DNA of 64,000 bases from Candidatus Thorarchaeota archaeon (GCA_016933575.1 JAFGAR010000028.1:192001-256000), one strand, 5' to 3'. Positions 19,463-29,313 are shown, counted from the first letter of the stretch. Notes: generated by a model from the letters alone, not told the origin. Numbers and translations are program-made.

Positions 19463-19942
19463 ATGGGAGATAATCCTGAAGCTAGGAGAACCAATAACGA
19501 TGAGGGTATAATTGTCCAAGCATCGCTAGATATCCTCAGGAAAGCAGCTGGAAAGGTGTTGTTTGAATTCAATGAGATGCTAGTTTCCTTCGACGGTGAA
19601 GAAAAATCGATAGAGGAAGAAATCGGAATAGGAGATACAATTCTTTTTGAAGAGGATATTAGTCCTTGTCCCGCACAGATTGCTGTAACAAAAATCACTG
19701 AGGAACTTTGGTACATTATCTCTACTTCAGAGATTCCTCAAGGTGGATATCCCTCTGGTCGAGATGCAATGCGAGCAGCTCAAGCAGAAGAGAAGAGAAT
19801 TCAACTATTCAAGGATTTCCTGCAAAAAACTGCAGGAGTGAAGAAGGTTGAAGATGTCCGGAATTGGCAACCAGATATGCGTGCTGAAGCTGCTGATGTA
19901 CTAGATATAATCAACACAGCATCTAGAAAATGGGCTCACTGA
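19463..19942 (+). CDS. Hypothetical protein
   Basis: Open frame with normal composition; start uncertain (19379-19463). Confidence 0.7.
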   Translation: MGDNPEARRTNNDEGIIVQASLDILRKAAGKVLFEFNEMLVSFDGEEKSIEEEIGIGDTILFEEDISPCPAQIAVTKITEELWYIISTSEIPQGGYPSGRDAMRAAQAEEKRIQLFKDFLQKTAGVKKVEDVRNWQPDMRAEAADVLDIINTASRKWAH

Positions 19943-20000
19943 CACATTCTTCGTCACTTTTATTACGTTAAGAAATCAGCAGAGAATAGGAGTCTATCTC

Positions 20001-20567
20001 ATGGAGACCGCACGTCAAGCATTGAAGTGGAATCAAAGGTCTGAACTAGTTAAGACAGTTTTTGTCATTCTTATTATAGTTGGAGCTACACTTAGTGCGT
20101 TTGGCATATTCACTATCGCAATGGGAACCTCAAATCCATTAGTTGTTGTAGAGAGTGAATCCATGATACCGAACCTTAACAGAGGGGATCTCTTAGTTCT
20201 GCAGTCTCGAGCACCTGAAGACATCAATGTTGGTGATATTGTGGTCTACAATGCATACTGGCATGACAAACCTATTGTACATCGAGTTGTCCAAAGAGTG
20301 CTTGTAGGAGATGAATATCATTACTATACTCAGGGGGATAACAATAGTCTAATGGATCCTGAGTATCGCGTCTATGAGGATATCATTGGAGTTGTGATCC
20401 TTGCAATTCCCCTTATCGGTCATGTTACTCTGTTTCTTCATGAACCATATGGATTGGCAATAGTGATTGTCATCTTTGTTGCCCTTCTTATTTTACCGGA
20501 ATTTGTCTTCAAAGAGAAGGAAGACGAAGAAGAGATGCCTTCTGAAGAACAATCACCCAATGCCTGA
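20001..20567 (+). CDS. sec11: Signal peptidase I, ER/archaeal Sec11 type
   Basis: VVESESMIP (Ser), GDL, PIVHRV (His), TQGDNN. Confidence 0.92.
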   Translation: METARQALKWNQRSELVKTVFVILIIVGATLSAFGIFTIAMGTSNPLVVVESESMIPNLNRGDLLVLQSRAPEDINVGDIVVYNAYWHDKPIVHRVVQRVLVGDEYHYYTQGDNNSLMDPEYRVYEDIIGVVILAIPLIGHVTLFLHEPYGLAIVIVIFVALLILPEFVFKEKEDEEEMPSEEQSPNA

Positions 20568-20627
20568 AAGGGAGTTTGTTAGAAAAAATGGCCAAGGGAG
20601 TCATGTGGTTCTAGCTAGAAGTCTAGT

Positions 20628-22238
20628 TCATTCTCCAAATAATCCATCAATCAAACCTGTAATGGACTCAGAGTATCCATGTGGAAGTCTTCCTTCACTT
20701 GCGTCCTTAACAAGTTTCGTTGCTGAATCTGTATTCATTCTGAGGATTAGTTGACGTGATCCAATCTCTTCAGATAGAGCATCAAACTTCGCGCCTTTCG
20801 TATCAGCTGGCACTGCAATTATTGCTGATTCAATAGCGCCACTATCAATTAAACTCTTCAGACGTTTCTCAGCATAATACGCAGCAACCCCCCCACTGCG
20901 GTTCCAGTCCTTAATATTTGGAATGTCAATGCCGATTCTTTTTGTAACATCAGTCTTGGTAAGTTCTACAAGTACTGCTTTCTGTGCTAGGTCCCCATCT
21001 GAACCTATCTGAAGTTGTACCGCAATTCCAAGTGGCGCACCTGCAAGTTTTAGTGTTTCGACAATAGAATTGGACACAACGTTTGCAGTCAGCTTAATCA
21101 CATAGTCATCTTGCTCTGCAACTTCTTCAATAGGTTTGTCGAATAGAATAGTGTCCAGTCTTGGAATTAGATGTTTGATTGCCTCTCTAGGAATACCAGT
21201 GGAGTGCTGGAATGCTGCATCAATGTCACTCTCGCTGAAAGGAAACAACAAATCTGGAGGAGGTTCTACATTTTGTTGTTGCCAATATTTGCTCATACTT
21301 TCATTTACAAAAGCAAATACATCTTCTCTCGAGAATTTCGCTAACTCTACAGGAGTTTCCATACGAGACCTAGTAGGTCCATCAGCAAGGTTGTAGATTC
21401 TGTCCCACACATCAGTCAGACAAGAAGCCACGATTACGATATTCTTTGATTCATTGTAGATTCGTTTTAACACTTCTAGAAAATGGCGTTCACCATCTTC
21501 ACCATACGTATTGTACGGTCCCTCCATCTCATCAACAAACAACAAGAGAGGAACTTCTGAACCCTCTGCAAGTAGTTTGATTGTTGCCAGGGTGACATCA
21601 TCCTCTTCCAGAATAGTTCGTACGCCCAAACGATCCAATTCGCTATCGTTGAGAGCATCTCCTAGTAACCACCTTCGAGCTAAATCGTGTGTTGAAGGAT
21701 CAAGACGATATCGAAGAAGAACCTTGACAACATCAGAAGAGATTCCAGGGTAATCAACAATTAAACGCTCGAGAGCATATGTATAGTCGTACATCTCATG
21801 TGTAACGCCTTTCAAACCCCCGAACTTTGTTATTAGCATGTCAACAGCTTGTTCGAATAGTCTATCACCTGCTTCATCAACTATGCAGGCATGAAGATGC
21901 AGAGGAACTCGTACAGGAGAAGGTGGAGAGGGAACATAGACTGCAAGGAATCTGCCAGCAGCGAAATATTCCTCTTGGTCTTTCATTACCCAAAATAAGT
22001 GTGTCTTCCCAATCCCTGCCCCACCTAAGATTGGTTGGAATCGTGGCGTGGAATCATGCATTGTAAATCGTACTACTCGGAAGATTGCACGATCTGCATT
22101 CTTGTGAGGATTCGGAACATCAATATCATCCTTAATATCACCACGAGAAACGAATCGCTTTAGTGGTGGATTCTCTCTTAGAATATCAAGATACATATTC
22201 TTATCAAAAGTTTCCGAAAATTCCGATGGTGGATTAAT
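20628..22238 (-). CDS. P-loop ATPase (BrxD/AAA-like) with extra C-terminal alpha/beta domain; ORF-track start 22196, probable ATT start 22238
   Basis: Walker A GGAGIGKT, Walker B LFVDEME, LARRWLLG, GIPRE; SD AGGAGG 22253-22248. Confidence 0.82.
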   Translation of the reverse strand: MNPPSEFSETFDKNMYLDILRENPPLKRFVSRGDIKDDIDVPNPHKNADRAIFRVVRFTMHDSTPRFQPILGGAGIGKTHLFWVMKDQEEYFAAGRFLAVYVPSPPSPVRVPLHLHACIVDEAGDRLFEQAVDMLITKFGGLKGVTHEMYDYTYALERLIVDYPGISSDVVKVLLRYRLDPSTHDLARRWLLGDALNDSELDRLGVRTILEEDDVTLATIKLLAEGSEVPLLLFVDEMEGPYNTYGEDGERHFLEVLKRIYNESKNIVIVASCLTDVWDRIYNLADGPTRSRMETPVELAKFSREDVFAFVNESMSKYWQQQNVEPPPDLLFPFSESDIDAAFQHSTGIPREAIKHLIPRLDTILFDKPIEEVAEQDDYVIKLTANVVSNSIVETLKLAGAPLGIAVQLQIGSDGDLAQKAVLVELTKTDVTKRIGIDIPNIKDWNRSGGVAAYYAEKRLKSLIDSGAIESAIIAVPADTKGAKFDALSEEIGSRQLILRMNTDSATKLVKDASEGRLPHGYSESITGLIDGLFGE

Positions 22239-22364
22239 TGTAAACTACCTCCTAACTATCTCACAGATGAAGCTACACAGATTTGAATGTACCGAAGCTC
22301 CTGACATGATACCAGCAAAATTATCTGATTGAATCATGCTTAAACAGGATGGTGACGCTTTTAA

Positions 22365-22733
22365 TTGATTGATTCAAACCTTATGAACAATGTCCTTGAT
22401 AATCTAAATGTTGGAATAGTGATTATAGACACCAAAGATACCATCATTCTCTTTAACAAAAAAGCAGGAGAAATGCTCCAACAAGATCCTAAGACTAGAA
22501 TTGGTACATCAATCCTAAGATGCCATGGTGAAGTTTCTGAACAACCTGTATTGAAGATGATAGGCGATCTCAAGGAAAAGATCATGCCTCACTATGAGGG
22601 ATGGGTGAACTTCAAAGGTCGTATGCTCTATGAATATATCTACCCGATCTGGGGGCCAGATGGTACCTTTCAGGGTATTGTTGAGGAGCTTCATGATGCA
22701 GCTGAAAAAGCAGGTTATTTGAAGATGAGGTGA
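22365..22733 (+). CDS. Stand-alone PAS domain protein (possibly truncated; frame continues past TGA to 22805)
   Basis: VLDNLNVGIVIID..IILFNKKA..RIGTSILRCH. Confidence 0.8.
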   Translation: MIDSNLMNNVLDNLNVGIVIIDTKDTIILFNKKAGEMLQQDPKTRIGTSILRCHGEVSEQPVLKMIGDLKEKIMPHYEGWVNFKGRMLYEYIYPIWGPDGTFQGIVEELHDAAEKAGYLKMR

Positions 22734-22884
22734 GAGTGGAAGGAAATACACATTTCGGGTCTTGGAGAAAAAGCTCCACGAAGCCCACACGAACACATCA
22801 TGTAGTTTCCTTAAAAATTCCTTACTGAAACAGTTATGAATACCTCAACTATCAGCACCCTTAGCTCAGGATAGTGAATGAATC

Positions 22885-24189
22885 TTGGAACGTGAACCAG
22901 ATTGGGACTTTGAGAATGGTATCTCAGACAGTTCTAAGATAATTGGACTATCAGTCCTTACAGCCCTCAGCAGATTGAGTAATTCCTTCCGTGAAATAGT
23001 CCTTTTCCTCTTTGTCGCGTTCATCTTCAATAGTACGGATGTGAACATAGATGCATTCTATGGGTTTATTGTAGCGATTGCAGGGTATGTCCAAGCTATA
23101 GCCCTCTTTCCAGCTGGATCTTTGAGTGACAAAATGGGGAGAGGCTTAGCTATTCTAATCGGAGGTGTAGTATCTGGTGTAGGACTCATCCTGATGCCAT
23201 TTGCTTTAGACACGACTTCAATACTCCTACTCTATGCATTGACTGGTGTCGGTTCAGGTTTCACAATGACCTCGATTAAGACTCTGGTTGCAGACTATAC
23301 GGAGAGAGGAGAGGAGCGGACACGCTCATACGGAATCACAATGGCCGCTGGCACAATGGCTGCAGTTGTAGGACCTCTCATCGCAGGATTCATTCTTGAT
23401 CCAATTGCACTACCAGGTATCAATCCAGAGATGGTGAGATACACTATCACATTTTTCATGTGGGGTATCTTGAGAATTGCTACTGGAATTGCGGGTCTAG
23501 TCACAGAACGGTGGTTAAAGAAAAATATCATTCGTAAGAGAGTTGCAACTACAATCATAATTGAAGAGAAACCAAAGAATATTCCTGATGCAAGAAATGA
23601 TACTGTGACTTCATCACTCTTTGGAATCAGCCGTTTGATTATGGGTTTTAGCTCTGGCATGGTTGTGCCATATATCATACCTTGGATATACGACTCATTC
23701 AATCCGAGTGAGATTGTTCTGGGAAGTCTTCCTGCAATATCAAATATCACTCTGGCATCAGGCGCTCTGCTTGTTGGTCTGTCGAGTGAGAGAGTTGGCA
23801 AAGTCAAAATGATAACAATTCTCTATACACTTGCTCCTATCCTAACAATAGGGCTTGTCTATTCACCTTTCTTATTGATGGCTGTGTTCTATGTAGCACG
23901 AATGGGCGTAGCAAACATGGCTCAACCCGCATTTGATTCATTATTTATGGGTGAAATCAGCCAAACTCGAAGGGGAAGGTCATTGGCACTAACAAGGGTA
24001 ATGTGGACATTCCCACGTCAAACAGGTACTCTTGCTTCGTCATTCTTGTTAGCAATTGGGCTTCTCGGAACAACAGCACAATTTGGAGTAATCGTCTTTC
24101 CATTGGCAATGGCATTGTATCCTCTCAGTGTCATACCGATGTACGCTGCTGTAAGACGTAACAAACGATTGAACAATTATGGCGATTGA
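22885..24189 (+). CDS. MFS transporter
   Basis: GSLSDKMGRG motif A, SERVGK, about 12 TM. Confidence 0.9.
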   Translation: MEREPDWDFENGISDSSKIIGLSVLTALSRLSNSFREIVLFLFVAFIFNSTDVNIDAFYGFIVAIAGYVQAIALFPAGSLSDKMGRGLAILIGGVVSGVGLILMPFALDTTSILLLYALTGVGSGFTMTSIKTLVADYTERGEERTRSYGITMAAGTMAAVVGPLIAGFILDPIALPGINPEMVRYTITFFMWGILRIATGIAGLVTERWLKKNIIRKRVATTIIIEEKPKNIPDARNDTVTSSLFGISRLIMGFSSGMVVPYIIPWIYDSFNPSEIVLGSLPAISNITLASGALLVGLSSERVGKVKMITILYTLAPILTIGLVYSPFLLMAVFYVARMGVANMAQPAFDSLFMGEISQTRRGRSLALTRVMWTFPRQTGTLASSFLLAIGLLGTTAQFGVIVFPLAMALYPLSVIPMYAAVRRNKRLNNYGD

Positions 24190-24764
24190 ATTTTCATTTG
24201 TACTGTGAATTCAGGATTCGCTTCTTGAAATTCATATCGCAAAATATCCATGAACAACAGATTAGTGTATCTTCCATCTAAGAACTCAGACTCACGAAAC
24301 AGACCTATGCGCTTAAACCCAACCTTCTCGTATACATGTATTGCACGAGCATTTTCCTCCATCGTATCAAGGTAGATACTGTGAAGACCCAGAATATTGA
24401 ATCCGACCCATAGAATCACTCTGATAGCATCTGTGCCATACCCTCTAGAGAGATGCTCAGGATTATGAATCGATATACCCATCTCAGCTCTATTGTGTGG
24501 TTTTTTGATGTCTTCAAGATGAACAAAACCAAGAAATTCGTCTGTATATTTATCAGCAATAGAAAGTTCAAGAAGACCATCTTTCCATGGATCAGAGGAG
24601 CCACGCTTCATTATCCAATCCTCAAGATAGACCCGAGATCTTGGAATAGGAGCCCCAAGAAAACGGCGAATCTCAAGAGCGTTGAAATATTTCACTAGTA
24701 GGTCGAAATCAGATTCTTGGACAGCCCTAAGGCACACAAGATTTCCAAAGTACATGAGAATCAT
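24177..24764 (-). CDS. RimJ/RimL-type GNAT acetyltransferase
   Basis: LRAVQESD, AEMGISI, SRGYGTDA, LGLHSIYL, NARAIHVYEKVGF. Confidence 0.9.
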   Translation of the reverse strand: MILMYFGNLVCLRAVQESDFDLLVKYFNALEIRRFLGAPIPRSRVYLEDWIMKRGSSDPWKDGLLELSIADKYTDEFLGFVHLEDIKKPHNRAEMGISIHNPEHLSRGYGTDAIRVILWVGFNILGLHSIYLDTMEENARAIHVYEKVGFKRIGLFRESEFLDGRYTNLLFMDILRYEFQEANPEFTVQMKIQSP

Positions 24765-24785
24765 CTAATTCAAGAAACTTCACAC

Positions 24786-24900
24786 TGAAAAACAAATCTC
24801 TGCAGTCCGGTGAAGTTCGCTCCACCGGACTGTGAGGAGGGAGTGGGTAGTTGAATACAGTGATACTCCAGGATGACCCACTCACAATGTGAGAACAACC
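24786..24900 (-). ncRNA. Candidate structured small RNA or 5' leader/attenuator
   Basis: CTTATATT box at 24930-24923; stem GAGTGGGT/ACCCACTC; CUCCCUCC linker; 13-bp stem with CGAA loop (24832-24803); T-rich tail. Confidence 0.55.
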
Positions 24901-25019
24901 TGTGATATTATTATCACGAATGAATATAAGAGACAGGTTCAACGCCAAATTCAAACAATCATTTTATAAAATACCAGTATGAAATTTGCACTAGCTGTAA
25001 TCCTTATAAAATAACTATA

Positions 25020-25892
25020 GTGAATATGATGGAGAGAATAACGATGAATCAAATTCGTGGAATCAAGACTATCTTGCGAGGTAGAGAAACTAAGGATGGA
25101 GCTGGAGTACGCTTAACACGCATTTTCTCTAACAATGAGGTAGAGCTAACAGACCCTTTCCTTCTATTAGATTTCTTTGGATCGGACAATCCAGAAGAGT
25201 ACATAGCAGGATTTCCATGGCACCCTCATAGAGGTATTGAAACTATAACATACATGCTCAGCGGAGAAGTGAGACATGAAGATAGCCTCGGAAATAGTGG
25301 AGTAATTGAATCGGGGGACTGTCAATGGATGACAGCAGGAAGTGGCATAATCCATCAGGAAATGCCTCGTCTTACTGAAGGTATGATGAAGGGATTTCAG
25401 TTATGGGCTAATCTTCCCAAGTCAAACAAGATGATGAATCCACGTTACCGAGATATCAAGGAAAGTGATATTCCAGAAGTCCTTTTAGATAATGGAACAC
25501 AAATCAAAATAATTGCAGGGGAAGTAAATGGAATTCGAGGTCCAGTAGAAGAAATAGTTACTGAACCAGAATATCTTGATATTATACTATCTCCAAGAAC
25601 AGAATTCCAACACACAATAAAGAGAGGGCATAATGCATTTGTATATGTCTTTGAAGGTCAGGGATATTTCGATGAAGGAAAGAAGGTATCTGTTGAAACA
25701 AACAGGTTAGTGATCTTTGAAGATGGTGACATGGTTATTGCATCTTCTGGCGATTGTCATATGCGATTCCTCCTTATATCTGGAAAACCAATAGGTGAAC
25801 CGATTGCTTGGTACGGACCAATTGTTATGAATACGCGAGAAGAGCTTGATATTGCCTTTCGAGAATATCGTGATGGCAACTTCATCAAATAA
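25020..25892 (+). CDS. Pirin family protein
   Basis: DPFLLLD, GFPWHPHRGIETITY, QWMTAGSGIIHQE, FQLWANLP, YGPIVMN. Confidence 0.95.
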   Translation: MNMMERITMNQIRGIKTILRGRETKDGAGVRLTRIFSNNEVELTDPFLLLDFFGSDNPEEYIAGFPWHPHRGIETITYMLSGEVRHEDSLGNSGVIESGDCQWMTAGSGIIHQEMPRLTEGMMKGFQLWANLPKSNKMMNPRYRDIKESDIPEVLLDNGTQIKIIAGEVNGIRGPVEEIVTEPEYLDIILSPRTEFQHTIKRGHNAFVYVFEGQGYFDEGKKVSVETNRLVIFEDGDMVIASSGDCHMRFLLISGKPIGEPIAWYGPIVMNTREELDIAFREYRDGNFIK

Positions 25893-26550
25893 ATATGGAA
25901 AGAATGTGGTTCAATCGCGTCTGAATTCTATTCATTATATCATTGCGTCGAGACCAATAAGGCTCCTCAATTTGGTTTCGGCGAAATCGTTTTTGCATCA
26001 TAGGAAATGCATACTCAAGCTCCTTTTCTGCATCAGGATTATGGATATCACTAAGTGCAAGTAGAGTATAGAAATATGGAAATCCCTTCCAACTACCGTT
26101 TCCATCTCTGTGCTTAACAAGTTCAGATAGCAATCCCGCAAGTTTGGCCTGCGACTCTTTTGCAGACAAGTAGCGCATGTACGATACTGTGGAATGTTTG
26201 CACTCACCAGTCGAACAGAATTCTGAAAAGCATTGTCGCTGAATCCATTTGTCAACTCGGTGAATGCATTCAGAAACATAGTCAGCTCTGGACTTCGACA
26301 AAAGCAAGGCTCTCGCAGCCTCTAGAGTGAGAATATTCTTTGCGGCTAGTTGCGTCTGAATTTTTTCGCCCGTGTATAATCTGGATTTTAGACCACTCAC
26401 ATTTCTCGTTTCGATAAAGACTCCTTCATCTGAGCCATAGGCAAGTTGCTGGTTAATAATGAAACGGAGCACATTATCATTGTCGTTGGAAATTCCAGCT
26501 CGCCATGCTTCTTCTATAACGAGAATGGCTTCTGTCAAGCTATCAAACAT
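25885..26550 (-). CDS. Hypothetical protein (helical; prenyltransferase-repeat-like DGNGSW motif)
   Basis: HRDGNGSWKGFPYFYTLLALS. Confidence 0.7.
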   Translation of the reverse strand: MFDSLTEAILVIEEAWRAGISNDNDNVLRFIINQQLAYGSDEGVFIETRNVSGLKSRLYTGEKIQTQLAAKNILTLEAARALLLSKSRADYVSECIHRVDKWIQRQCFSEFCSTGECKHSTVSYMRYLSAKESQAKLAGLLSELVKHRDGNGSWKGFPYFYTLLALSDIHNPDAEKELEYAFPMMQKRFRRNQIEEPYWSRRNDIMNRIQTRLNHILSIFI

Positions 26551-26691
26551 ATCTAAGAATATAGTTGTATATCTATTATCGGTTTGACTCGGCCTGACCG
26601 AGTGTCATAATATGTTTTCAAGAATGCAATAATCCTTATCTTGTGTCCTGTCAAGACATACTTGGAGTTCGTACAAAGGACCGATGAGCGC

Positions 26692-27273
26692 ATGAATGCT
26701 AAATTGTTTGTAGAACCACAGGGAAAGGCCAGGGAGCAAGTTGTCTTAGAATCATGTGTCCCGCTTGATATGAAACTATTCCGACAGTGGATGAAATCAT
26801 GGATTCCAAATAAGGAGTTCAAGAAGTGGAATAAAGATTTGAGGTCGATAAAAGCGCTTGGTGAGATTAGACCAGGGAAAATTGTTGAAGCAACAAGACT
26901 CGATTCTGACGGGGCTTCTCAATTGAAAGGTGATTTCTTTGCGTGCCGCTCGTATATCACTGAAAGTACTGGCGCAAAGAAGAAACTCCCATTGGTGTTG
27001 ATTGTTCGACTCAAGACGATGATTGACTATGACTACTTTGCATCTAAAATGGCTCTAAATACTGACCAAGATGCTGAGATCAAGGAAGCTCTGAAAGAAG
27101 ATGTCTGGGCACCTATTGCGGTCTGGCATCCACAGACTGTTGATAGGAAACAGGTGATAAATGCTGTAGATGTTCTTGCTCATGCAATCCAATACACGAA
27201 GGCTCTATTTTTCCAAGATCTAAAGAGTGGGGATTTTTGTGAGTTCATTGAAACTGAGATACTCAAAAGATAA
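26692..27273 (+). CDS. Hypothetical protein
   Basis: Open frame; ATG 26692 (MNAKLFVE) preferred over TTG 26641. Confidence 0.7.
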   Translation: MNAKLFVEPQGKAREQVVLESCVPLDMKLFRQWMKSWIPNKEFKKWNKDLRSIKALGEIRPGKIVEATRLDSDGASQLKGDFFACRSYITESTGAKKKLPLVLIVRLKTMIDYDYFASKMALNTDQDAEIKEALKEDVWAPIAVWHPQTVDRKQVINAVDVLAHAIQYTKALFFQDLKSGDFCEFIETEILKR

Positions 27274-27326
27274 CCACTTTCCCAGAGAGGGTAAGTCTTT
27301 TCTGCAAGTAATGCATTTTTCATAGC

Positions 27327-29294
27327 TTGGTTTTTGAGATGGTGGAGGCTATGCAGATACCAGAGAACAAAGTTGGAATTCTGGTCGTATTATTCATCCT
27401 CTTTACAGTTTATTCAGCTAGTATCCACGGCGAAAGTGAAGGGAATTATGACAGCTCCACATTCGTACCAATCAATCTCCAATACAATGAGAAATCGGAA
27501 GTTGGCATCTTATCTGAAACTGGAAATGAGTTATTCGAGGATAACTTCACATCAATTCCACTGGGATTCAACATATCATTATGGAACATCTCGACGCAGA
27601 GTGATCCACCAATCATCTGGGAGGATGGAGAATGGTTGGTCTTGGAAGCCGAGCCTCTAACTTACTCGATTCTGAAATCAGTGACGAATGTGGGAAGTAA
27701 TGTAATAGCAGAATTCAATATTACGTATACAGAGGGCCTCTGTTACTTTGGTATTGGGTGGGGAGATAGATTAGTGGATTCTAGTAGCAATTGGAGATCG
27801 AATCTAAGACAATCAGAGAACGGTGTTTTCATCGATTATTGGGACAATGAGCTTTGCCTCGTAACATACTGCAATGGAGAGAGAGTAGCAGCACCAATCC
27901 ATAACTTGACTTTGAATCGAGAACATGTATTTACGATCGAGTGGCGCTCAACACTAGTTCGTCTGTTCATTGATAATCAAGTCAGAGGTACCATAAGTCG
28001 CAGGATACCTCAGAATCCCCTTCCATTTGTAATAACAACATCAGGTCATTATGAAACATCAAAGAAAGATCAATTGCGAATAAATTGCGTTAAAGTGTCA
28101 TATCTTACAATTCCCTGCTCAACTCGACCGAGTATTGAACTTGTGTGGCCTATGAACCAAAGTCAAATCACAACTCATGACTCAATCGATTTTGATGTGA
28201 TTAATTCTAATGGAGTTCTACTCTATTCATGGAATAAGCAAGATAATGCAACAACTAATTCACCTTGGGATATTCCAGTCATATCAAGCCTTGGGAGTGC
28301 TATTCTAGAGGTCTTTGTTGAGAGTGAATCAAGCATTTGGAATTCAATGACTCTTCAATATGAAATCGTTCATGATAAGTCAAGTTTCATGTGTCCCATG
28401 ATGAGACAGAATCCTATAATTGATGGGATAATAGATGTGAATGAGAAGCAACAAACCAATGAATTATTCTGCAAATGTATGAATGAAAATAGAGAGACAG
28501 AGGATATCACGATTCATTTTGGATTTCCAGAGGGATTGTTTTACATTGGAATTGACTCCGAGATTGCTGACAAGTGGAACTCACGAATATCAGTGTTGAT
28601 TGATGCGGACGGGGATAGTATCTGGGATGTTGATATATCCACACTCTTTCAAGATATTCGTATCTCCGTGGGAACACCGAGTGCATTTGCGGCATATACA
28701 GGAATCTACACGCCACTAGGTCAAGAATTATCTAATATCCAATTTCCAAGACTAACAATGGCTAGCTCTAACACAGTAGACGGACTATCTGCAGAGTTTA
28801 TTTTGAATCTGGAATGTCTAAATGGTAATGCAACCAGTGGAATCGGAATTGGCGTTATTCTGTCTAGAGGAGGTTACGATTCTGTTTATCCATCACATTT
28901 GAGCTATGGATGCTATTCGAATCTAATCCTGATACAAAACTCGGGTGTATATAATCCAGATTTCGTAAGTCAATTTATCATAGTGAGTGGGAGTACGATA
29001 ATAAGCTTAGTTGCTGTTTTTGGAGTAGTTAGAACAATCATTGCACAGAGGTCAATTTCACTTCATAGAAACCTTGATGATGAATATCTTGAGCGGATTA
29101 AGGTACTCCTCTACTCATATGATAGAATATCAATAGAAAGACTCACTCAACTCACAGGGATTGAGAAGAAAAAAGTCATCGAGTTGGTTCGGAAACTAAT
29201 TGATAGAGGTTTTGAAGATATCAATGTCATACAAGTTGAGCAAGATATCATACGAAATCTTACGGAAATCAAAAAGAAAGAAAAGGTAGGATGA
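27327..29294 (+). CDS. Single-pass surface protein: ConA/LamG-like + Ig-like + DOMON/CBM9-like + TM + cytoplasmic PCI/winged helix
   Basis: Signal peptide; HVFTIEW..VRLFIDN; PIIDGIIDVNE; TM FIIVSGSTIISLVAVFGVV; SYDRISIERLTQLTG..LIDRG. Confidence 0.75.
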   Translation: MVFEMVEAMQIPENKVGILVVLFILFTVYSASIHGESEGNYDSSTFVPINLQYNEKSEVGILSETGNELFEDNFTSIPLGFNISLWNISTQSDPPIIWEDGEWLVLEAEPLTYSILKSVTNVGSNVIAEFNITYTEGLCYFGIGWGDRLVDSSSNWRSNLRQSENGVFIDYWDNELCLVTYCNGERVAAPIHNLTLNREHVFTIEWRSTLVRLFIDNQVRGTISRRIPQNPLPFVITTSGHYETSKKDQLRINCVKVSYLTIPCSTRPSIELVWPMNQSQITTHDSIDFDVINSNGVLLYSWNKQDNATTNSPWDIPVISSLGSAILEVFVESESSIWNSMTLQYEIVHDKSSFMCPMMRQNPIIDGIIDVNEKQQTNELFCKCMNENRETEDITIHFGFPEGLFYIGIDSEIADKWNSRISVLIDADGDSIWDVDISTLFQDIRISVGTPSAFAAYTGIYTPLGQELSNIQFPRLTMASSNTVDGLSAEFILNLECLNGNATSGIGIGVILSRGGYDSVYPSHLSYGCYSNLILIQNSGVYNPDFVSQFIIVSGSTIISLVAVFGVVRTIIAQRSISLHRNLDDEYLERIKVLLYSYDRISIERLTQLTGIEKKKVIELVRKLIDRGFEDINVIQVEQDIIRNLTEIKKKEKVG

Positions 29295-29313
29295 GAATCC
29301 AAAAAGGAGAGGA

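Noticed and set aside
20628-22238. Complete BREX defence system
   Set aside because: No pglX, pglZ, brxC or helicase neighbours; flanked by sec11 and a PAS gene
22731-22733. Selenocysteine codon in the PAS gene
   Set aside because: No redox motif context and no SECIS-like hairpin seen; a nonsense change from GGA is simpler
24727-24954. 75-aa minus-strand ORF and a 13-aa plus-strand ORF after GAGGAGG
   Set aside because: No protein-like features; they overlap promoter and stem-loops; a type I toxin reading is unsupported because the peptide is not hydrophobic
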